Source: Nostoc sp. DedSLP01 (GTDB taxonomy: Bacteria > Cyanobacteriota > Cyanobacteriia > Cyanobacteriales > Nostocaceae). From it: DNA of 64,000 nucleotides. Location of the stretch: positions 32,001 to 96,000 of the forward strand of contig JAVRCJ020000009.1 in the NCBI GenBank assembly GCA_034530875.2. The letters are read 5' to 3'. The position numbers were made by a program, and so were the translations under genes. Under the pieces are notes generated by a model. The model did not search any database and was not told where the DNA came from. It saw nothing but the letters and a program-made list of their open reading frames with translations. Below, piece by piece: positions 1-10,200 of this stretch (positions are counted from its first letter, which is position 1; each line of letters starts with the position of its first letter).

Positions 1-663
1 CAGTTGATTCGAGAGGGGCAAATGGCCTTTAGGGGCGCTTAAATCCCAAGTAAATTCATGGGGATAGCGAGTCCAATTATTACCTTTTTTCCAGCCAATT
101 TTCGGCCAGAAATTCTCCCAATTTTTGCCTAAACTCAACCAAATTTCTCGCTGCACTGAAAAGCCAAATTTGCCCTCGGAGTGGACTAACCAGAGATTGT
201 TAATAGTTTGTAAGTCAACAGCCGGGGCATTTTCTACTTCAGTAAAATACAACCATTTTCGTTGTACGGCCGCTGGCCCTGATACTTCGCACATTTTTTC
301 TATAGTCATGCGATCGGCGGCTTGAAATTCTTGGGCGGCGAGTAGCTGTTGCAAAGGATTGTAATTAATCCCGCCCTCTGATTTTAGAGGTACAATTCCC
401 TCAGGAAACCACGAGAGCAGAAATTCTTTGGCTTGAGGTGCATCAGATTTGTAGAGTACTTGGTAGGCTTTGCCATCAACCCAAGTTGCTGGGTTATCGC
501 GCCGTTTCTGTAAAAATTCCATCAACACATCTAATCCCCCATCGCCCAACTCAGCTAACTGTGAGATGATTTGTTGTTGGATTTGAGGAGACCCAGCGAT
601 TAATGTTTGTCGGAGGGAGTCGATGTCACTAGCAGGGCCTGATAAAATCATTGGGTCTGTCAT
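1..663 (-). CDS. gun4: GUN4 (Ycf53) tetrapyrrole-binding Mg-chelatase activator, 3' end runs off the window
   Basis: Not in the ORF track. Manual minus-strand translation from ATG at 663: MTDPMILSGP...LKSEGGINYNPLQQLLAAQEFQAADRMT...WLYFTEVE...DLQTINNLWLVHSEGKFGFSVQREIW...WENFWPKIGW...APKGHLPLSNQL, the typical GUN4 motifs; open to position 1. Confidence 0.9.
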   Translation of the reverse strand, partial: MTDPMILSGPASDIDSLRQTLIAGSPQIQQQIISQLAELGDGGLDVLMEFLQKRRDNPATWVDGKAYQVLYKSDAPQAKEFLLSWFPEGIVPLKSEGGINYNPLQQLLAAQEFQAADRMTIEKMCEVSGPAAVQRKWLYFTEVENAPAVDLQTINNLWLVHSEGKFGFSVQREIWLSLGKNWENFWPKIGWKKGNNWTRYPHEFTWDLSAPKGHLPLSNQL

Positions 664-850
664 GCCATTACTCGTATTAGCTCTAGCGTAGAAAAAGCGG
701 TCAGCTATCGAGGATTCTTTAAGGTGAAGCAAAGATAGCGAAAAGTAGTTTACTATTTTTGATCGTACAAAATTGCGATCGCTTCACCCAATCCCACACT
801 TAAATCCCCAAATAATGTACAAGGAAAATAGGGGGAAAATCTGCGCCTCA

Positions 851-882
851 GGGAGATGGGGAGATGGGGAGATGGGGAGATG
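851..882. repeat. STRR-type tandem octamer (GGGAGATG)x4
   Basis: Four direct copies in the gun4-icd intergenic region. Confidence 0.85.
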
Positions 883-980
883 GAGAGAAATGACAATAGT
901 ATTTCCCCTCTGCCCCTTTGCTCACCTGCCTCTTCCCATGCCCTATGCCCAACAGCATATTTTTTAGGAGTGTTTGAAGT

Positions 981-2402
981 ATGTACGAGAAGATTACCCC
1001 CCCCACAACTGGATCGAAAATTACCTTCAAAAATGGCGAACCGATCGTACCTGATAACCCAATTATCCCTTTTATTCGAGGCGACGGTACAGGCATAGAT
1101 ATCTGGCCTGCTACCCAAAAGGTGCTAGATGCTGCTGTAGCTAAAGCATACAAAGGTAAACGTCAAATTAGCTGGTTCAAGGTTTACGCTGGGGATGAAG
1201 CTTGCGATTTATACGGAACTTATCAGTATTTACCTCAGGACACTCTCACAGCAATTGAAGAATATGGTGTAGCTATTAAAGGGCCTTTAACTACCCCCGT
1301 GGGTGGCGGTATTCGTTCTTTAAATGTGGCACTACGACAAATTTTTGACTTGTATGCTTGCGTGCGTCCTTGTCGCTATTATGCGGGTACGCCGTCACCC
1401 CACAAAAATCCAGAAAAGCTGGATGTAATTGTTTATCGAGAGAATACAGAAGATATTTATTTGGGTATTGAGTGGCGGCAAGGTAGCGAAATTGGCGATC
1501 GCTTAATTAAAATTCTCAACGAGGAACTTATCCCCGCTACTCCAGAACATGGGAAAAAACAAATTCCCCTCGATGCCGGTATCGGTATTAAACCCATCAG
1601 TAAAACTGGTTCCCAACGCCTAATTAGACGCGCCATCAAACACGCCTTACAATTGCCCAAACACAAGCAACAAGTGACTTTGGTGCATAAAGGCAACATC
1701 ATGAAATACACCGAAGGTGCTTTCCGCGATTGGGGTTACGAATTAGCAACGACGGAGTTTCGCCAAGAAACTGTCACCGAAAGGGAATCTTGGATTTTGA
1801 GCAATAAGGAAAAAAATCCCAATATTTCCCTAGAAGAAAATGCTCGTCAGATCGATCCAGGGTTTGATGCTCTCACCGATGAGAAAAAAGCACAAATTGT
1901 CAAGGAAGTTGAAACAGTTCTTAATTCAATTTGGGCAACCCACGGCGATGGCAAATGGAAAGATAAAGTTTTAGTGAACGACCGGATTGCTGACAGTATT
2001 TTTCAACAAATCCAAACCAGACCAGATGAGTATTCGATTTTGGCGACAATGAACTTGAACGGCGATTACTTGTCTGATGCTGCTGCGGCGATCGTTGGTG
2101 GATTGGGAATGGGCCCAGGGGCAAACATTGGCGATAACAGTGCCATATTTGAAGCCACCCACGGCACTGCGCCCAAACACGCCGGGTTAGATAAGATTAA
2201 TCCTGGTTCAGTGATTTTGTCCGGTGTGATGATGTTGGAATATCTCGGTTGGCAAGAAGCCGCAGACCTAATCAAGAAAGGTTTAGGAGATGCGATCGCC
2301 AACAGTCAAGTCACTTATGATTTAGCACGTTTGCTAGAACCAGCAGTTGAACCCTTAAAATGTTCTGAATTTGCCGAAGCCATAATTCAGCATTTTGATT
2401 AA
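981..2402 (+). CDS. icd: NADP-dependent isocitrate dehydrogenase
   Basis: 473 aa; [66 protein letters not shown] upstream. Confidence 0.97.
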   Translation: MYEKITPPTTGSKITFKNGEPIVPDNPIIPFIRGDGTGIDIWPATQKVLDAAVAKAYKGKRQISWFKVYAGDEACDLYGTYQYLPQDTLTAIEEYGVAIKGPLTTPVGGGIRSLNVALRQIFDLYACVRPCRYYAGTPSPHKNPEKLDVIVYRENTEDIYLGIEWRQGSEIGDRLIKILNEELIPATPEHGKKQIPLDAGIGIKPISKTGSQRLIRRAIKHALQLPKHKQQVTLVHKGNIMKYTEGAFRDWGYELATTEFRQETVTERESWILSNKEKNPNISLEENARQIDPGFDALTDEKKAQIVKEVETVLNSIWATHGDGKWKDKVLVNDRIADSIFQQIQTRPDEYSILATMNLNGDYLSDAAAAIVGGLGMGPGANIGDNSAIFEATHGTAPKHAGLDKINPGSVILSGVMMLEYLGWQEAADLIKKGLGDAIANSQVTYDLARLLEPAVEPLKCSEFAEAIIQHFD

Positions 2403-2428
2403 TTGGTAATAGTGCATAGGGCATAGGG

Positions 2429-2528
2429 CAATACGGTTCAGTTAAGGAATTTATCTGTTAAGGCAGGCAGAGGGAACAGAGGAAGCAGAGGAAGCAGGGG
2501 GAGAAAAAAGCTTAACTGAACGGTATTG
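2429..2528. mobile_element. 100-bp MITE-like element with 18-bp terminal inverted repeats
   Basis: CAATACGGTTCAGTTAAG (2429-2446) and CTTAACTGAACGGTATTG (2511-2528), one mismatch; interrupts a GGGCAT(A/T) heptamer array. Confidence 0.6.
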
Positions 2529-2719
2529 GGGCATTGGGCATTGGGCAAGCAGGAGGTGTGGGGGGTGTGGGAGGATGGGGAAGAAATCTTTCCCCCCACA
2601 CTCTCCACACTCCCCTGCTCCTCTGCTCCTCTGCTCCCCATTCCCTAATTTTTTGCAACCACAATCTAAGAAAATGAGAACGACCAAGTAATTGACATAA
2701 GTTCGCTGCAAAAACTTCT

Positions 2720-3481
2720 ATGACTGTTAATCGACGCTATTTCTTGTTTTTACTCACATCAACTGCAAGTGCTTTGGCGGTAAATGCTTGTGCATCTTCA
2801 GAAAATTCTTCTGTAGGAAATACTCCAACTCCCGACACAACACCAAACACAACAGGCGCTATTCAACTACCACCTTTACCTTACGCTTATGAAGCGCTCG
2901 AACCACACATCGATGCCAAAACAATGCAGTTTCATCACGATAAGCACCACGCAACTTATGTGAAAAACCTGAATGCGGCATTAGAGAAATATCCAAAACT
3001 GAAAAGTAGAAGTGTTGAAGAACTGTTGCAAAAACTTGACACAGTGCCAAAAGATATCCGCAAAACAGTACTAAATAATGGCGGCGGTCATGTGAATCAC
3101 TCAATGTTTTGGGAAATCATGAAGCCCAAAGGTGGTGGAGAACCTACAGGAGATATAGCCTCGGCTATTAATCAAAACTTTGGTAGTTTTGCGGCTTTCA
3201 AAAAACAGTTTAACCAAGCTGGTGCTGCTCGTTTTGGTAGTGGCTGGGTGTGGCTAGTGCGTAACAAAGATGGCAAGTTAGAAGTAACCTCTACAGCTAA
3301 TCAAGATAATCCCCTCAGCAAAGGTCAATATCCCATCCTGGGCAATGATGTATGGGAACACGCATATTATCTCAACTACCAAAACCGTCGCGCCGATTAC
3401 TTAGAGGCTTGGTGGAACGTGGTTAACTGGGATGAGATAAACACGCGGTTTGCAGATGCTCAAAAATTTAAATTTGCTTAG
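2720..3481 (+). CDS. sodA: Mn superoxide dismutase with N-terminal Tat-like/lipoprotein export signal
   Basis: [22 protein letters not shown] (GGG = Mn type), [16 protein letters not shown]-terminal NRRYFL, hydrophobic stretch, then VNAC. Confidence 0.92.
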   Translation: MTVNRRYFLFLLTSTASALAVNACASSENSSVGNTPTPDTTPNTTGAIQLPPLPYAYEALEPHIDAKTMQFHHDKHHATYVKNLNAALEKYPKLKSRSVEELLQKLDTVPKDIRKTVLNNGGGHVNHSMFWEIMKPKGGGEPTGDIASAINQNFGSFAAFKKQFNQAGAARFGSGWVWLVRNKDGKLEVTSTANQDNPLSKGQYPILGNDVWEHAYYLNYQNRRADYLEAWWNVVNWDEINTRFADAQKFKFA

Positions 3482-3628
3482 ATAGCAAGAATGGGGACAA
3501 AATATATAAATTTTAAATTTTATGTAGAGTGTCTTGAGGTGAATTTTTGCAAGAAAGGGGAAAGGGAAAAGGCAAGAAAAAGGGATCTTCCCCTTCCCCT
3601 TTTCTCCACTTTTGCGAGAAGCTTATTG

Positions 3629-4366
3629 TCAAAGAGGTTTTTGATTAGGTACACCAGTAGTACGGGGAAACTGAATTGGTGTCGTGGCTACCTTACGCAA
3701 ATACACACAATGGCGGACGCTTTGGCTCAACGGTGTTGTAAATTTTTCGATCGCTTCAATAACACCACCCAACTGCTTAACAGCATTTTGCAAAACAGTG
3801 GTTTCATCCTCTGTCCAATTACCACGATAAATTATTGCTAAACCTCCCTGTTTGAGCAGTGGTAATGTATATTCTGCACAGACTGAGGCTGTTCCTACAG
3901 CACGAATTAGGGCAATATCGTAAGTTTGTCGGTGTTGGAGTTGCTGACCAATTTCTTCAGCCCTGCCAACGAGAGTTTTAGCATTAGTCAGGGCAAGTTC
4001 AGTTAAGATTTTTTCAATAAAAGTAATTTTTTTGCGGGTTGAATCCATCAAAGTAATTGTGCAATTAGGTGCAGCAATTTTTACTGGAATACCCGGAAAG
4101 CCCGCACCTGTACCAATATCAATTACAGATACACCTTCTTTAAGAGAGGCTATAAATTCTCCCTGCGGTGCAATTCCTTGTAGTGAATCCCAAAGATGTT
4201 TTTCCCAAAACTCTTGCGATTCAGTGATGCGAGTCAAATTTAGTTGGCGGTTACCTTCTAGGATTAATTCATAAAGCCTTTGGAATTGCACCTGCTGTTG
4301 GACACTTGGTTGCCAATTCAGGGTTTGCTGCCAAATTTCCGCCATTTCAGGCAATGAGTTAGTCAT
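3629..4366 (-). CDS. rsmG: 16S rRNA m7G527 methyltransferase
   Basis: NLTRIT, KHLWDSL, DIGTGAGFPG, DSTRKK, GRAEE, IRAV motifs. Confidence 0.95.
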   Translation of the reverse strand: MTNSLPEMAEIWQQTLNWQPSVQQQVQFQRLYELILEGNRQLNLTRITESQEFWEKHLWDSLQGIAPQGEFIASLKEGVSVIDIGTGAGFPGIPVKIAAPNCTITLMDSTRKKITFIEKILTELALTNAKTLVGRAEEIGQQLQHRQTYDIALIRAVGTASVCAEYTLPLLKQGGLAIIYRGNWTEDETTVLQNAVKQLGGVIEAIEKFTTPLSQSVRHCVYLRKVATTPIQFPRTTGVPNQKPL

Positions 4367-4386
4367 TAGTCATTAGTCATTAGTCA
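4359..4386. repeat. STRR (TTAGTCA)x4 overlapping the rsmG start codon
   Basis: Tandem heptamer seen directly; the first unit contains CAT 4364-4366. Confidence 0.85.
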
Positions 4387-4534
4387 TTGGTTATGGGGCA
4401 TGGGGCATTAGAGATATGGGAGGTGTAGGAGGTGTGGGAACAGAGGAGGGCATAAATTCTCTTTCTCCCCACACTCCCCACACTCCCCACACTCCCCACA
4501 CTTCCCTATCTCCCCATCTCCCTATCTCCCCAAC

Positions 4535-5209
4535 TCATACCGCCGGTAAAGGTTCTTTAACTTTGCCTTCTAGTGTCTTTGGGTCAACTGATTCTAGTAC
4601 GCCGTGGTTGAGTGTCCAGCAACGATCTGCGATCGCTAATAAATCTCCAGCATCGTGTGTCACTACTAACAATGTCCAATCTTGCTTGAGTTTTGCTAAT
4701 AAATTTACCAGCTGTCGCCGCATTGACCAATCTAATCCAGCTGTAGGTTCATCCAATAACAGTACATTTGGCTGGCGAATTAATTGCACTGCTAAAGCTA
4801 AACGTCTTTGCTGACCGCCACTCAAAGCATGGGGTGCAATGGAAAGCGATAAATGATCTAATCCCACCTCACTTAGCGCGTGTCTGACTCGATCTGACCC
4901 TAATTCAGGGTGTCCTAAACGCAATTCTTCTAAAATCGAACTACCACAAAAATGTCGCTCTGGAAACTGAAATACCAACCCAGCCAATTGTTGTAGCTGT
5001 TCGGGAATCAGTTCTTGTTCGCGCCAAAATAGTGCGCCAGAAGTCGGTTCAGCTAATCCAGATAAAATTTCTAGTAACGTACTTTTACCAGAACCACTCG
5101 GGCCAATAATCAGACCTAGCTGCTGGGGTGCTAATTCTAAGTCGATCGATTTGAGAATTGCTGTTGGGCAGGCTGTGGGGTGATAAATTAGATTTCGGAG
5201 ATAGAGCAT
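4535..5209 (-). CDS. ABC transporter ATP-binding protein (EcfA/CbiO-like)
   Basis: Walker A GPSGSGKST, VFQFPE, LSGGQQRR, LLLDEPTAGLD, VTHD. Confidence 0.9.
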   Translation of the reverse strand: MLYLRNLIYHPTACPTAILKSIDLELAPQQLGLIIGPSGSGKSTLLEILSGLAEPTSGALFWREQELIPEQLQQLAGLVFQFPERHFCGSSILEELRLGHPELGSDRVRHALSEVGLDHLSLSIAPHALSGGQQRRLALAVQLIRQPNVLLLDEPTAGLDWSMRRQLVNLLAKLKQDWTLLVVTHDAGDLLAIADRCWTLNHGVLESVDPKTLEGKVKEPLPAV

Positions 5210-5624
5210 TTGTTAAGATTACCAAAAAGTCAGCAAATTACTGATTAACTACACCAAGAGCAACTGGAAAATTCTAAAAAACTGATACTACATTACTTGC
5301 GTTAACACCCTAATTTAGCAGCAAGAATTATCCACCTTTTCTCCATTGTGGCAGAATCACCCTTAAACAATAGACTTCTTGCAGAAGTACACAAAAGGCT
5401 AACCGATAAAGGCAGCCTCCGGCTGTTAAAAGGGCAAGGGATAAAGGGAAAAGTCACAATCCCTCCTATAAGCTTTCCCCTCTCTGGTCTAATGGCACTA
5501 ACATACTTGGGAACATGAAACAATTACCCAAGTCAACCTTGATAGAAAATTTTACCTATAATTATTTTTTGCATTCTAAGTAACACATACAACTATTTCA
5601 ACCGCAATTATTCTGAGGCTTAAA

Positions 5625-6557
5625 ATGACTAAAAGGTTTTCTGCTTCTCAATTAGTCGGATTTGCCAGACTCAAGTTAGTTGCTCGGGTGGTTTTTGGGA
5701 GTGCGATCGCACTTAATCTGTCGATAAATCCCTCGCTAGCTGGCGATCCCTTTCGGACTGACAAACCTCATGAAATTGGCAACGAAACTCAAGCAGCTTT
5801 TGAAGCAATTTTTCAACAAGGTAACTATCCAGCAGCAGAACGTCATCTCAAACAAGCGCTAGACAAAGAGCCAAATGAACCTCTAGCTTATGCGATGAAG
5901 GCATCTTTGGCTTATGGAAATAAAGATTGGGCTAAACTAAACACCTACAGCCAGAAAACCTTAGAAACCGCCCAAAAGCTGATTGCTACCGATCCATTAC
6001 GCGGAAATTTATACACTGCTGTTGGACATTTTTTACAGGGTTCTGTAATTCTCATCCGTGAAGGTACAGCCAGCGGTGTACCAGAAGCTTTTGGTCGCTT
6101 GCGGCAAGTTTATCAATATTTAGACAAGGCCGAAGCGATTTCTGCCAACGATCCAGAACTAAATTTAATCAAGGGTTATATGGATTTATTGTTGGCGGTT
6201 AATTTGCCTTTCGCTAGTCCAGATCAAGCAATTGGGCGCTTACAAGAAAATGCTGCTCCTAACTATCTCGTATATCGGGGCATTGCCCTTGCCTATCGGG
6301 ATTTAAAACGGTATCCTCAGGCTCTAGATTATGTTAATCGTGCCATTGAGAACGCCCGCGATAATCCAGAAATTTACTATCTCAAAGCCCAAATTCTGAG
6401 ACGACTAGGAGAAAAAGAAAAAAGTCAGCAATTTATTCAGGAAGCGATCGCTAATTTTGACAAAGCATTAACTAAAAAATCTCAACTCCCAAATACTTTA
6501 GTCAAACAAATCGAGAGCGAACGTAAAAATACTCTTAGCCTAAATAATTCAAGGTAA
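5625..6557 (+). CDS. Periplasmic TPR-repeat protein (Sll0314/Alr1548-like)
   Basis: Signal peptide ending SLA-GDPFR; helical TPR-like repeats. Confidence 0.7.
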   Translation: MTKRFSASQLVGFARLKLVARVVFGSAIALNLSINPSLAGDPFRTDKPHEIGNETQAAFEAIFQQGNYPAAERHLKQALDKEPNEPLAYAMKASLAYGNKDWAKLNTYSQKTLETAQKLIATDPLRGNLYTAVGHFLQGSVILIREGTASGVPEAFGRLRQVYQYLDKAEAISANDPELNLIKGYMDLLLAVNLPFASPDQAIGRLQENAAPNYLVYRGIALAYRDLKRYPQALDYVNRAIENARDNPEIYYLKAQILRRLGEKEKSQQFIQEAIANFDKALTKKSQLPNTLVKQIESERKNTLSLNNSR

Positions 6558-6704
6558 TGGGGTAAGCAGGAAGTGTGGGAGGTGTGGGAGGTGTGGGAAG
6601 ATGGGGAAGAAATCTTTCCCCCCTCTCCCCACACTTCTCCATCTCCCTATTCCCCACTCTGATATGCTTGTCTTCAGTAAAAATAATTGAAATATCTAAC
6701 TAAA

Positions 6705-7166
6705 ATGCAAATTCAATTCCGCGAATTTAATCCTTTTGATGTGTGGATTTGGGTAAAATTCACCACTATTCCTTCTGAGCGTGAAAAGCAGTATGTAGAA
6801 GAGGCTTTTGATTCCTGGTTTTATTTAGGAAAATTGGGCGCGTTTAATGCAGAAAATCTCCAGGTACAGGAAACTGGACTCGATATTAGCTATATGAATT
6901 ACGATTCCCAAGGGTACGACAAAAGCTTACTGGCGCTGATGCACAATATGGGTGAATTTGAATATCAAGGACAGTGGGGGCGTTGTTGGTTTGACTTAGG
7001 AACTAGTGATGCGATCGCTCTCGATGTTTTAATCAATGCTCTTACACAACTAAGTGAAGAATATGTAACTATTGAAGACTTATATATCGGCGGCGAAAAT
7101 GAAGATTGGCCTGTTGAAGATAGCGAAAGCCGTCCTCACTCTATTTACGATAATTACGATAATTAA
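6705..7166 (+). CDS. Conserved cyanobacterial protein, DUF3531-like
   Basis: MQIQFREFNPFDVWIW, WFYLGKLGAFNAENLQ, RCWFDLGTSD; ATG 6705 preferred over TTG 6687. Confidence 0.75.
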   Translation: MQIQFREFNPFDVWIWVKFTTIPSEREKQYVEEAFDSWFYLGKLGAFNAENLQVQETGLDISYMNYDSQGYDKSLLALMHNMGEFEYQGQWGRCWFDLGTSDAIALDVLINALTQLSEEYVTIEDLYIGGENEDWPVEDSESRPHSIYDNYDN

Positions 7167-7174
7167 TTACCACA

Positions 7175-7606
7175 ATGAGGAAAGCGGGCGAAATTCGGGT
7201 ATTAGCTTTAGGATTAATTCGAGACGGCGAACGCATTTTTGTTTCTGAAGGTTACGACCCTGCAAAGCAAGAAATATTTTATCGGGCTTTAGGTGGCGGT
7301 GTTGAGTTTGGTGAAACTAGCTCCGAAGCGCTAAAACGTGAGTTTCAAGAGGAAATTCAGGCAGAGTTAACGAATATTCGCTATTTGGGTTGTATCGAAA
7401 ATTTGTTTATCTTCAACGGTAGGCAAGGTCACGAAATTATTCAACTTTATCAATGTGATTTTGCCGATCCTAAGTTTTATAAATTAGAAAGTTTAGTTTT
7501 TTCTGAATCAGGAAAACATAAACATAGGGCTTTATGGATTGAAATTTCACGCTTTGTTTCTCGAGAGCTAAAATTAGTCCCAGAAGTCTTTTTTCAATAT
7601 TTATAA
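7175..7606 (+). CDS. NUDIX hydrolase
   Basis: Nudix box GGGVEFGETSSEALKREFQEEIQ. Confidence 0.9.
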   Translation: MRKAGEIRVLALGLIRDGERIFVSEGYDPAKQEIFYRALGGGVEFGETSSEALKREFQEEIQAELTNIRYLGCIENLFIFNGRQGHEIIQLYQCDFADPKFYKLESLVFSESGKHKHRALWIEISRFVSRELKLVPEVFFQYL

Positions 7607-7650
7607 ATTTACTATCTACAGATTTTCATATAAATATCCCATATTTTTCA

Positions 7651-7983
7651 CTAATCATACCTATTCTTTTTGGATTTAATTACTTCTATCGCGTCATCAT
7701 GTCTGTGACCTTCGATGATATCTTTTAAATGAATTTTCCCTTCAATATACTGGAGATGGATGCGCCATCCAGATATTTTGTCTATATCTGCACGATATAT
7801 TGCTTGTTTAATACCTTTTACTTTATGCAGTCTTGTTTTCGGAAAAGTTCTGGTTCTATGGCATTCATTATCTTCTAGTTCAGCCAAAGCTTCTAAAAAT
7901 TCAATTTTCAGGTCTTTTGGTAAAATCTTCATCGCTTCATAAATAACACCATATTCATCTAAAAGAGGCTTAATCTGTGACAT
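7651..7983 (-). CDS. Hypothetical protein, RelE/ParE-like toxin fold suspected
   Basis: 110 aa, basic; LHKVKG...IYRADIDKISGWRIHLQY...HRHDD resembles the RelE beta-sheet core; start overlaps the upstream stop (TAATG). Confidence 0.55.
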   Translation of the reverse strand: MSQIKPLLDEYGVIYEAMKILPKDLKIEFLEALAELEDNECHRTRTFPKTRLHKVKGIKQAIYRADIDKISGWRIHLQYIEGKIHLKDIIEGHRHDDAIEVIKSKKNRYD

Positions 7984-8369
7984 TAGCTTGAATGAACCCC
8001 AATTTCTTGATGTTCGATGCTAAAGTCTTCATAAAGAGAATCTGCAACTGAAATATATGCGGCTAATGCATCTTCAGCCTTTACAGTTCTAAATAAGGTT
8101 ATTACCGTTCTATCAAAAATTGGATCGTCATCAATAGTCAGTATTATTCTGATATCTTTATCAATTTTCAAAGAATAAAGAGAGGAATCATAATTAGTAT
8201 TAAGTTTAATATTGTTAAATTTTACAGCATAACGATCTAAGATTTTTTTATTTTTAGACATTAATTCAATATATTGATTTAACTTTTTAATAATATTAAA
8301 CTTTTGTTTATTATTAAAATATTCTAAATCTTGTTCAAATTCTTTTGTGGATTCAATAAGTATTTCCAT
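7983..8369 (-). CDS. Hypothetical protein, RelE-like fold suspected
   Basis: 128 aa; N-terminal IESTKEFEQDL and LYSLKIDKDIRIILTID pattern; GGAG SD upstream; AT-rich. Confidence 0.55.
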   Translation of the reverse strand: MEILIESTKEFEQDLEYFNNKQKFNIIKKLNQYIELMSKNKKILDRYAVKFNNIKLNTNYDSSLYSLKIDKDIRIILTIDDDPIFDRTVITLFRTVKAEDALAAYISVADSLYEDFSIEHQEIGVHSS

Positions 8370-8605
8370 TCACTGGCTCCTAAATCGAAAATCCAACTTA
8401 CTTCAATTTAGCTTACAGCTATAGATAATTGAAGTATCCGAAGTACGGTTATTGCGAAAAAATAAATTATAGCAATATAGTGGTAAGTCAAGTATATAAA
8501 TTGGTCGCTGGAAGGAAAGCGATCGCTATTCAGAAATCTGTTGAAAAGAACTTGTAGTAATCAGCGATCGTCTTTAACATCACAACTGATTTGAAAGTAA
8601 AATCT

Positions 8606-10042
8606 ATGCCAGCTAAATTATCGTCATCTATATTCATAGTTCTATGCGGATTAGCTATAACTCAAACCCTTGGATGCACAAACCGTAACGATAATTCAGC
8701 GATCGCTCAAACTTCACCCCAGCCAACTGCCCAAGAAATTGTTCAATCAGGCGAAGTTCGGGCTTTACCAGGCAAATTAGACACAATACCCGTCTTTAAC
8801 AGCAATAGCCCAGAATGGATTAAAACGGAGGGTATTTTACTTTCTACCTTTCCCAGCAAAGGAAAAAAATTTCCAGCAGCGCACCTCAATTTCCCTTTCC
8901 AAGGACGCTTTGACTTATTCGCTCATCACTACACCCACACTCCCAAGGACTTAAAAACGCTATACCTGGGCGTAATTGTGCATAATCCTGGTAAAAAAGC
9001 TGTAGCAGTAGATGTATTGCAAGCTGCGAGTTATTTAATGCAGGATGCGCCCTTTATCACTTTACCTCCTTACATTGACAATAACGATGGTAAGACTTAC
9101 TCAGGCCCGGGTGCCCGCACTGTTGCTGATGTACTCCGAGGCGTCCGACAAGCCGATTTTCCCGCGACACTGATAATTCCCCCAGGACAAAGCCGGATGT
9201 TGCTAAATCATCCTATCCCTGTAAGAAATCTAGAAAAACCAGTGAATGGTCGGTCTACCTTTATGCGGCTGCGTAGTAGCGATGCAGTTTATGCAGCAAG
9301 TTTGGCGATGTTTGCCAAGAAAAATCCTGATGGAAGCGAGATGCCGTCCGGCACGCTTCGCGAACGCGCACCGACTCTCACAGAATGGCAAGCTTTACTA
9401 GATAATGGTAACTTTGCTGGCCCGCGAGATAAAACACCAACTCCTCCAAACGCTACCGGTGGCGCGCTGATTTACGGACGGGTTGCTGGCGTATCTCAAG
9501 GTTCCCAATGGCAAGCCAAACTGGTCGATAATCCCCAAGCTTCAAATCTGACTATTCCCCAGCGCGGCAAAGCTATTTCTTATCCTATAGTTACACTGCG
9601 GGGTGGGCGATTGGGTACTGACCAAATCCAAACAGCCAAGATGCTGGTACGCTATCCCGATACAGCATACGAAGCACACGGCAATTACGGTATCGAATAT
9701 AAGCTGACTTTACCTTTAAGTAATAACACTGTCCAAAATCAAACCGTCGCTGTTACCTTAGAAACACCTTTAAAAGAAGATAAATTATCCCAAGGAGGTC
9801 TGCGTTTCCGCAAACCATCCCTAGCTTTTCCCTTCTTCCGTGGTACAGTGCGGCTACGTTATTTCGATGACCAAGGCGAACAAAAAATCCGCTACGTGCA
9901 TTTATGGCACAGAACTGGGCAGGTATTAGAACCATTAGTGCAACTTACACTTCTACCCTCGACTAAGCGTATAGTACACGTAGATGTGATTTATCCGCCA
10001 GATTCAACGCCACCACACGTGTTGAGCGTGAAAACTCTGTAA
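8606..10042 (+). CDS. DUF3370-like exported (lipo)protein
   Basis: Signal with TLGC; VRALPGKLDTIPVFNSNSPE, GILLSTFP, AHGNYGIEY, YPPDSTPP. Confidence 0.75.
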   Translation: MPAKLSSSIFIVLCGLAITQTLGCTNRNDNSAIAQTSPQPTAQEIVQSGEVRALPGKLDTIPVFNSNSPEWIKTEGILLSTFPSKGKKFPAAHLNFPFQGRFDLFAHHYTHTPKDLKTLYLGVIVHNPGKKAVAVDVLQAASYLMQDAPFITLPPYIDNNDGKTYSGPGARTVADVLRGVRQADFPATLIIPPGQSRMLLNHPIPVRNLEKPVNGRSTFMRLRSSDAVYAASLAMFAKKNPDGSEMPSGTLRERAPTLTEWQALLDNGNFAGPRDKTPTPPNATGGALIYGRVAGVSQGSQWQAKLVDNPQASNLTIPQRGKAISYPIVTLRGGRLGTDQIQTAKMLVRYPDTAYEAHGNYGIEYKLTLPLSNNTVQNQTVAVTLETPLKEDKLSQGGLRFRKPSLAFPFFRGTVRLRYFDDQGEQKIRYVHLWHRTGQVLEPLVQLTLLPSTKRIVHVDVIYPPDSTPPHVLSVKTL

Positions 10043-10200
10043 GTTCAAATTAATTGAAATTGATGTAGGTACAAAGTATGGTTTGCTATTTTTATAGCAA
10101 ACTTTTGTTTAAACGAGTTAGTAAAGAATATCTGTAAAATATTACAAGCGATCTCGCCTACCCTCGTTACACATTAAAATTGCGATCGCATTTTCTACAT

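Noticed and set aside
753..1153. Short ORFs over STRR arrays (also 2438-2711, 4416-4814, 54383-54857)
   Set aside because: Low-complexity translations of repeats (SPHLPIS, MGRWGDGE, PMPNAQC), not credible proteins
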